From Candidatus Nomurabacteria bacterium (GTDB lineage: Bacteria; Patescibacteriota; Minisyncoccia; Phycocordibacterales; UBA9973): a DNA stretch of 64,000 nucleotides. The first letter of the stretch is position 1. The number at the start of each line of letters is the position of its first letter. Below the pieces are notes generated by a model, which saw nothing but the letters and a program-made list of their open reading frames with translations, searched no databases and was not told the DNA's origin. The position numbers and the translations under genes were made by a program. Shown piece after piece: positions 55,959-64,000 of the stretch. Location of the stretch: NCBI GenBank assembly GCA_026395915.1, contig JAPLXU010000013.1:16428-80427 (forward strand), written 5' to 3'.

Positions 55959-56819
55959 TTAAGGAAGGCTGTGTATCACTTCGCAGGCGTAAGCTTGTGG
56001 CATGAAGATTCTACATCTATCTTTGGAGAATTTTTCGTCGATAATTCCAATATTACTATCAAGAGACAAAAAAGCTCTTACTTGCGATTTATATTTTTCA
56101 ATGGCAACAATTTTTTCTGAAAGCATCGGCTCGCTTAATTCAATTGGATTTTCTTGAAATTTAACATTTTCTTTTTTTTCTAAATATGTGTTTAAGTCGC
56201 CAAGGCTAGAAGTTGTAAACTGCTTAATGTAGGGAAAATCTTCATAAATAAAAAAATGCGCATTTTGTGTTTTGTATTTTTTAAAGACATCCATAAACGC
56301 ATCGTGAATTATTTGATGGTCGGGATGTGTAATGGCCGCGCCAAAAGTAGCTGGTCCGTATATTAAAAGTTCTCGATTCTGATAAGTTTTTATTAGGTTT
56401 TCAATATCTTTTGAAATTTTTTCTTCGATTTCTTTGTCTTTATTCTTTTCTCGATATTGAGAATCAAGGTGGTCGTAATTTTTTATGATTACCTTAAAAG
56501 GTGATAAAGCATTTTCGTTTTCTTTCGTTCTGGCAAGCATTGCTTCGTCGCTATCTTTAAATCCGGAAATTTTATCCCAATAAGTATGCATAATTTCTGT
56601 TGGCTTTTTTGTGAAAAATGTCGCCACCAAAATATTAGTTTCTTTTTTTGCTATAAGTCCGCCGAGAGACAAAACCGCATCGTCAAGGTGAGGGGACAGG
56701 ATGATGGTAAACGGTGTCGTGGTATTTTGCTCAGTCGGAAATTTTAATGATTCTGTAAAATAAACTAGACTCCCAGCGAGCAGAACAAAAAAAATTATTA
56801 TTAGAAAATTCTTTTTCAT
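55959..56819 (-). CDS. PIG-L family deacetylase, membrane anchored
   Basis: SPHLDDAVLS, HPDH, YEDFPY, YKSQ. Confidence 0.88.
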   Translation of the reverse strand: MKKNFLIIIFFVLLAGSLVYFTESLKFPTEQNTTTPFTIILSPHLDDAVLSLGGLIAKKETNILVATFFTKKPTEIMHTYWDKISGFKDSDEAMLARTKENENALSPFKVIIKNYDHLDSQYREKNKDKEIEEKISKDIENLIKTYQNRELLIYGPATFGAAITHPDHQIIHDAFMDVFKKYKTQNAHFFIYEDFPYIKQFTTSSLGDLNTYLEKKENVKFQENPIELSEPMLSEKIVAIEKYKSQVRAFLSLDSNIGIIDEKFSKDRCRIFMPQAYACEVIHSLP

Positions 56820-56834
56820 ATTTCTTAAATATCT

Positions 56835-58997
56835 TTACGATTTCAATTTATCTAAAGGTATTGGATCTGAAATAAAGAATTTAAAATGAAATCCTTTATA
56901 AATATCACATTCACCTAATCCATTCTTTTGATCTATCGGACACTCTTCTAATGGAACACGATCAATACCCAAAGAAGCTTCCACGAGATAAAAATTATTA
57001 TTGACAAGATAAAATTGCACTGTTTGTTGTCCATTCTTCTCAAAAATAGCAGGTGCATACCAACGATTGGTCAGTTCATCAAACACATCCCAACCCACAG
57101 GATCGAAATGATGATATATTGATTGTATATATTCATGTCCCCAAATATATTCACGTCTTAAAAGATCAGTTGATATATTTTCGATGAAACGATCAAGGTC
57201 ATCTTGGGCAACACTTGCAGAATGAATAGGTGTTTGAGCAGATGTATAAATAATAGATCCGGCAACTTGAGACCCAGATACGTAAACGGTATGGTCCTTT
57301 GCAATAGATTTATCAAAACCTTTTTTAGTGCCGACGAATACCAATTTAGGCATCGAACTAATTTTAACTAGTGGAGATAATACAAATTGAGTATTTTTTG
57401 TGTCAAAAGATTCTTCAAACCAAAATCTGATTGTACTACTATCTATAGGTTTTCTATCTGAAATTTTTGCCGCACTAGTCTCTATCGCAGATATACCTAG
57501 TAGCCCAAGTCTTGAGAAATCTTTTCGTGCTTGTTCATAATGTTCTCCGTCGAATAAACCGTAGCACTCATCTTGTGCAGTGCCTCGCTCTTTACCATCA
57601 TGACATGTTGTCAGAAATGAAGTGATAACTTCAGCAGAAGGTTTGTAATCCTTAAAAAGAGGCAACAGACCATATACAAGTTTAGAATAACCACCCTCAA
57701 ACGCATAGTCCATTGCTGATAAGCCACTACTATCTTTGCTGTGGACATTTACGCCGAGCTTAACAAAATCAGTCGCGTAAGAATTTTCTACAGCTTGACC
57801 ATTTTTACTTCCTAAGGCTGAGTCAAGAATATACGATAAATAATTTTTTCCCGTTAGGTCTACACTATTCGGATTGACACCAATTGAAGACAGCCAATAA
57901 AGTATATCGGGGGTTTTGATCGGAACACCATATTTATCGTAGCCAGTAATAATATGCGCATTGAACCAGAGAGGTGTTCCATCTGCGTCTAACTCATTAA
58001 TAGTTTTTTTATCGAGACATTGTCCAATAATTACGGCATCTTTTCCATTATTGTCATCAGAACCATAATAACTCCCTTTCTTGATGGCATTAAAAGAAGC
58101 ACTGCACATAGAAGTCCACGCTTGAGTGCTGATGTATGGTAAAAGACATACAGCTCTTCGCGCCAGATTTTTAATTCCATTACAAGTTGCCGCTTTATCA
58201 TCTAATGAAATCGAAGATTGAGTGTCTTGTGCTAAGAGTTGAGCTTGGTGTGTGACACATTCCTGATAAGGATTTCCATTATAATCGGGCGCATTTTCAA
58301 AGAAACCACTCAAAATATCCTCTCTTGTAGATAACGGTATAAGTTCACAATGAGCATAATATTCTTTTTCTGTCTGTGAATCACGTAGGCATCTTATTCC
58401 TGCTCCTGGCGTATTAAAAAAATCGGGATCAAAAGATTTTCCAGGCATTAATGAACAGAATCTAGGCTGACGAAATAAAGTGGCTAAAATTTTAGGAAAA
58501 TTATTTATTGTAGGAATAGTCACAGTGCCATAGAGCGGTCCCCATGGTCCAAATAAAGCAAAAAGAAAAACGAGGACGCTTGTGACTGTTGCAAACTGTA
58601 AAAATAAACGAGATTTAGTTGGGGATACATCCGCTTCAGATGCTTTGATAGCATATATAATTCTGGTTCGAATATAAATAAAGCCAGCAACACAAGCTAA
58701 AAAAGTTGGCGCAATTGCGTAAAAATAAATAAGTTTATCTCCATAAGAGAATGCTAAAATTCCTAAAAGTTGCGCTATTTCTGGAGCGAGCAAGCGTGCG
58801 ACTAAGAATAATAAAAGACTAGCTAAGATTGAAAATAGTTTGCTTAGGATTAAAAAAACAACTGCTCCGACAGTAAACGCGAGGACTTTATTTTTGCAAA
58901 GTTTCCATAAATACCGACGAAGGAAAACCAACATTAGAAATGCTACGATTAGTGACAAAACAAAAACAAGAAGGGGGAAAAAAATGATAACAATCAT
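56835..58997 (-). CDS. Large hypothetical membrane protein with a Cys-rich region and ankyrin-like repeats
   Basis: Several N-terminal TMs; GVNPNSVDLTGKN and GVNVHSKDSSGLSAMDYA segments. Confidence 0.6.
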   Translation of the reverse strand: MIVIIFFPLLVFVLSLIVAFLMLVFLRRYLWKLCKNKVLAFTVGAVVFLILSKLFSILASLLLFLVARLLAPEIAQLLGILAFSYGDKLIYFYAIAPTFLACVAGFIYIRTRIIYAIKASEADVSPTKSRLFLQFATVTSVLVFLFALFGPWGPLYGTVTIPTINNFPKILATLFRQPRFCSLMPGKSFDPDFFNTPGAGIRCLRDSQTEKEYYAHCELIPLSTREDILSGFFENAPDYNGNPYQECVTHQAQLLAQDTQSSISLDDKAATCNGIKNLARRAVCLLPYISTQAWTSMCSASFNAIKKGSYYGSDDNNGKDAVIIGQCLDKKTINELDADGTPLWFNAHIITGYDKYGVPIKTPDILYWLSSIGVNPNSVDLTGKNYLSYILDSALGSKNGQAVENSYATDFVKLGVNVHSKDSSGLSAMDYAFEGGYSKLVYGLLPLFKDYKPSAEVITSFLTTCHDGKERGTAQDECYGLFDGEHYEQARKDFSRLGLLGISAIETSAAKISDRKPIDSSTIRFWFEESFDTKNTQFVLSPLVKISSMPKLVFVGTKKGFDKSIAKDHTVYVSGSQVAGSIIYTSAQTPIHSASVAQDDLDRFIENISTDLLRREYIWGHEYIQSIYHHFDPVGWDVFDELTNRWYAPAIFEKNGQQTVQFYLVNNNFYLVEASLGIDRVPLEECPIDQKNGLGECDIYKGFHFKFFISDPIPLDKLKS

Positions 58998-59061
58998 TTG
59001 AACTCAAGTATATCATATTTTATGTAAGAATTGGTACACAAATAGATATAACTTGTTCTTG

Positions 59062-59134
59062 AGCCGCCTCTCGGATTTGAACCGAGGACCTTCGCTTTAC
59101 AAAAGCGTTGCTCTACCAACTGAGCTAAGGCGGC
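59062..59134 (-). tRNA. tRNA-Thr(TGT)
   Basis: Reverse complement gives gccgcct/aggcggc acceptor, ttTGTaa anticodon loop and gttcaaatc T loop. Confidence 0.93.
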
Positions 59135-59158
59135 TTTTAAAACACACTACCATATTAT

Positions 59159-59560
59159 TTACAAATCTTCTTCTTTTTTGATTTTGTGCTTGATTTCTCT
59201 GATCTTGTGTTTGTAATCGCCAATGATTTTTAAAAACTTTGAAATCTCTCTTTTTTCGTCATCTATATGATTTTCCCTACTTCTGTTTTTTATTTTGATT
59301 TTTATTTCTTCGTATTTATTTTTGAAAAAACTTGTTCCACGGACATAATATCTGACTATCGCCACCAGAAGAGCGTATCCATGTTTTTTAACATTCGCCA
59401 CTGTTACATGCCTGATTTCCTTCAAATATGGAAATTCAAGCAAAACGTTTTCTTGATTCGAGATTTGTTCGTGATCCAAAAAGACCAATTTTCTGCCTAT
59501 CATAATGATGATGGAGACTAGCGACGCGAAGAATAAAGTTAAAAGAAAATACATCATCAT
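59159..59560 (-). CDS. Hypothetical membrane-anchored protein
   Basis: N-terminal TM and basic C-terminus; downstream of tsf; start uncertain. Confidence 0.6.
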   Translation of the reverse strand: MMMYFLLTLFFASLVSIIIMIGRKLVFLDHEQISNQENVLLEFPYLKEIRHVTVANVKKHGYALLVAIVRYYVRGTSFFKNKYEEIKIKIKNRSRENHIDDEKREISKFLKIIGDYKHKIREIKHKIKKEEDL

Positions 59561-59568
59561 ATCGTTTT

Positions 59569-60348
59569 TTATATTGAGCAACGTTTTACTTCTTTGATTT
59601 TTGCGCCTGCTTTTTCTAACAATTTGCTTACCGTCATTTCTCCGTTTTTTATGAATGCTTGCTCGAGCAATGTTTTTTCTTTGAAGTAAGTGCTTATTTT
59701 TCCATCAAGCATTTTTTTCTTTATATTTTCTGGTTTGTTTACATTTGCAATTTCTTTTTCGAAAATTTCTATCATTGTTTTTTTAGCTTCTTCGCTGATT
59801 TCAGCGCTTGTGATATATTCCGGTTTCATTGCAGTGATATGCATAGCTACATCTTTTGCAAGTTCTGAGCTACCTTTTTCTAAAGATACAATCACGCCAG
59901 TTTTGTTATTGTGCACATAATAGCCGAGAACGTCTCCACGCATTTCATAAACTTCTCCAAGCTGAATATTCTCTCCAGTTTTTTGAATTATAGGATCTAC
60001 CAAGTCCTTTGCCTCTTTCTTCATTTTTTCTATTCCATCTTTGAAAGTGATGTCTACCAATTTCTTAAGCAGGTTTGTAAAATCTTCATTTCTTGACACA
60101 AAATCTGTTTCGCAATGAAGAGATACGAGAACAATTTTCTTGCCTTCCGCTTTGACCATTACTGCGCCATCTTTGACTTCACGACTGACTTTCTTGAGCG
60201 CGATGTCGGAGCTTGTCTTTCTTAAAATAGCCAAGGCTTTTTTCATGTCGCCTTCAGCCTCTTCGAGTGCTCGTTTGCACTGCATCACAGAAATGCCCGT
60301 AGCATTTCTAAGTTCCTTTATTAACTCAGTTGTTATTTCTTGTGCCAT
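59569..60348 (-). CDS. tsf: Elongation factor Ts
   Basis: IKELRNATG..MQCKRAL, CETDFVSRN, VAMHITAM. Confidence 0.95.
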   Translation of the reverse strand: MAQEITTELIKELRNATGISVMQCKRALEEAEGDMKKALAILRKTSSDIALKKVSREVKDGAVMVKAEGKKIVLVSLHCETDFVSRNEDFTNLLKKLVDITFKDGIEKMKKEAKDLVDPIIQKTGENIQLGEVYEMRGDVLGYYVHNNKTGVIVSLEKGSSELAKDVAMHITAMKPEYITSAEISEEAKKTMIEIFEKEIANVNKPENIKKKMLDGKISTYFKEKTLLEQAFIKNGEMTVSKLLEKAGAKIKEVKRCSI

Positions 60349-60352
60349 ATAT

Positions 60353-61081
60353 TTATTTTGTTATAGTTGGCGCGACAGGAGCGTTTGTTTTATAAGCGGT
60401 CGCGATAGCTCCAGCGAAAAACTTTATAGAAGGAATACTGGAATCGTTGCCGATGATAGGATAGGCGATGTCTTTGATATTTGAATCAGAATTCATCAAA
60501 GAAATTACGGGCACATCTTTGCTTTTTGCTTCAGTCGCGGCGATATGTTCAGCCCTTGCGTCTATGATAAATAGCGCGTCAGGAGCTTTCTTCAAACCTA
60601 CGAGTCCGGAATAATATCTTTCAAGTTTCTCCATTTTTTTCGCCATGACCACTCGTTCTTTTTTGGTGTACTTATCGAGTCCGCCTTCGGCGCTATCTTT
60701 GCGATAATTTTCAAGCTCGTTGATTCTCTTTTTTATTTCTGTGAAATTGCTCAAGGTGCCTCCGATCCAGCGTTCACTCACATACGGCATATTCAAAGAT
60801 TCTGCCGTGTTCTTGGTCACATTTTTAGCCTCGGGTTTTGTGCCGACAAAAAGAATAACTCCATTTTTCGCGCTTAAATTTTTCACAAATTCTACTGCTT
60901 TATCTAGCATAATGCTTGTCTTTTCAAGGTCTATAATGTCTCCTTTGTTCTTGGTGGCAAATATGTATTTTGACACAGAAGGATGTCTGCGAGTTTTTGA
61001 GTACCCGTAATGCGCTCCGACTCGGAACATCTTTTCTACGACTGTATCGGAATTTTCTTTGATTTCTTTTGTTTTTTGCAT
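60353..61081 (-). CDS. rpsB: 30S ribosomal protein S2
   Basis: GAHYG, ILFVGTK, RWIGGTLSNF, IIGND; start moved to the ATG of MQKTKE. Confidence 0.95.
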   Translation of the reverse strand: MQKTKEIKENSDTVVEKMFRVGAHYGYSKTRRHPSVSKYIFATKNKGDIIDLEKTSIMLDKAVEFVKNLSAKNGVILFVGTKPEAKNVTKNTAESLNMPYVSERWIGGTLSNFTEIKKRINELENYRKDSAEGGLDKYTKKERVVMAKKMEKLERYYSGLVGLKKAPDALFIIDARAEHIAATEAKSKDVPVISLMNSDSNIKDIAYPIIGNDSSIPSIKFFAGAIATAYKTNAPVAPTITK

Positions 61082-61136
61082 GTGAATAATATAGCAGAAA
61101 GAATTGATTTTTGCAAACTTAGACAGCTTTGTATAA

Positions 61137-61715
61137 TTATTGTCTAACTCTTCCAACATTTATAAACAAGTCAGTGATTTTATCATTAGATATTTTATAC
61201 CCAACTGATGCTTTATTTTGTTGTGAAATATCAGATTCAACCCCAATTAATAATTCATCAAAATATAATTTTGGGGAACTTTTTATCAATCGTCGATCTG
61301 GATATTGAGAAGCGATGTAAGCCATATATTCTTTTACTACGGCGTTATTTTGATTAAAGGTAAATATAAGCCCCTTGATTCTTTTTAATTCTTGTATGGC
61401 GCGACTTGTAGAAACTTCACCACAACATGAAGATCCTTCAAGCACTACATATACTTTATCTGCAAAATATTTACTAGCATTACTGAAATCTGACTTATTT
61501 ATTGCTTCTTCAAATGCTACAATGTGTTCAGCAATAGTCACTTGTTGTGTTGGGATTGGTTGATTTTGATTATTTGTCTGTTGCGTTCCAGTATCAACGA
61601 TTGGAGGAGTTTCTGCTTTTTTATTTTCATAAATATAGACACCGCCACCTATCACTAATAATCCTATTATTACTAAAAGCACTGGCACAATGAAACCTTT
61701 TTGTAAGTTTTTCAT
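61137..61715 (-). CDS. Hypothetical protein with a pilin-like N-terminal signal
   Basis: MKNLQKG|FIVPVLLVIIGLLVIGGG. Confidence 0.65.
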   Translation of the reverse strand: MKNLQKGFIVPVLLVIIGLLVIGGGVYIYENKKAETPPIVDTGTQQTNNQNQPIPTQQVTIAEHIVAFEEAINKSDFSNASKYFADKVYVVLEGSSCCGEVSTSRAIQELKRIKGLIFTFNQNNAVVKEYMAYIASQYPDRRLIKSSPKLYFDELLIGVESDISQQNKASVGYKISNDKITDLFINVGRVRQ

Positions 61716-61767
61716 ATAGAAATTATATCACAAAGCCAAAAAAGTTATTCACAATAAAAATTTTTAC

Positions 61768-61796
61768 AAACCTGCAAGGCAAGACCTTGCAGGTTT
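61768..61796. repeat. REP-like hairpin downstream of RAYT2
   Basis: aaacctgcaagg-caaga-ccttgcaggttt. Confidence 0.88.
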
Positions 61797-62451
61797 AGTC
61801 ATTAAAACTTAACCATTCAAAAATTTCTCTTTGGAATGATTTGCTATCTGAAAAATACTCTGGAAAAGATTTGATGTCTAATATTTTATTTTGAATTCTT
61901 TTTATTCCCAAATAATCAAGATAGCTTGAGTATTTATAATTTTGCAAATATTCCAGAGTTTCTTTTTTATTTTTAATTCCAACTTCTTTCCAATCTTTTT
62001 GTATTAGTTTGATAGGATTCAAATGAATATAGGAAAATAAATATTTTAAGTGGCGGTCATCTTTTGCGTGTTCTGATTTAAATTTACCTTCAAAAAGTCC
62101 GCCAGTTCTTTTATATTTTTTATTGTAATACATTGCGTAAGCAGTTGTAAGTTTTTGCATAAATTTACTGATACCATTTTCTTCTTTTTGAGTTATTAGA
62201 ATATGAAAATGATTAGACATAATACAATAAGACCCGATGGACGCAATTTGTTTTCCTCTTCCAAAATCATATGGGCTTTCTCCTTTTGAAAGGATACCTG
62301 CTCTAAAATTATTAATAGAGTTACAAGCAAATAAAAGACCCATGAAATGGAAATAATCTTCATTGTCGTGAAAAATTTTCTGTTTACTATTTCCGCGATT
62401 ATAAATATGGTAATACTCGTCACTGATCAAATTTACTTTTCTTAAAGACAT
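61795..62451 (-). mobile_element. REP-associated tyrosine transposase (RAYT-like, Y1 HUH), RAYT2
   Basis: YYHIYNRG, YCIMSNHFHIL, YIHLNP, YSSY; paralog of RAYT1. Confidence 0.88.
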
Positions 62452-62470
62452 GTATATATTATATACTTGA

Positions 62471-62499
62471 AAATCTGCAAGGCAAGACCTTGCAGATTT
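62471..62499. repeat. REP-like hairpin upstream of RAYT2
   Basis: aaatctgcaagg-caaga-ccttgcagattt. Confidence 0.88.
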
Positions 62500-62501
62500 C
62501 T

Positions 62502-62530
62502 TTGACCAAAAGACTTTTTTCGGTTAAGAT
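62502..62530 (+). promoter_or_regulatory. proS promoter (possibly leaderless)
   Basis: TTGACC-17 nt-TAAGAT, 6 nt before the ATG at 62537. Confidence 0.55.
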
Positions 62531-62536
62531 TGCATT

Positions 62537-64000
<1,464 letters not shown>

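Overview
AT-rich bacterial chromosomal segment using standard code 11. Gene content suggests a Patescibacteria/CPR (Parcubacteria-like) genome; this is an inference. It carries a type IV pilin cluster, many housekeeping genes (ligA, prfB, pheS/pheT, gyrB, thrS, rpmF, nusB, rnc, smc, rnr, rpsP, trmD, rpoB/rpoC, dnaG, rpoD, tsf, rpsB, proS, partial mreB), three tRNAs, two RAYT-like Y1 transposases each flanked by its own REP-like hairpins, a HEPN-MNT pair and several surface proteins. Highlights: (1) two orphan PemK/MazF-like genes lack a protein antitoxin but are followed by three copies of a convergent promoter + structured small-RNA cassette with covarying stems, a candidate RNA-antitoxin system; (2) palindromic elements are inserted in frame in ligA, rnr, smc, pheT, trmD and a pilin, and one is identical to a RAYT-flanking REP; (3) a naturally circularly permuted DsbA; (4) a (GA)10 tract that could phase-vary a large surface protein; (5) many -10 boxes exactly 6 nt before ATG, suggesting leaderless mRNAs. 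No CRISPR array, rRNA or reverse transcriptase was seen.
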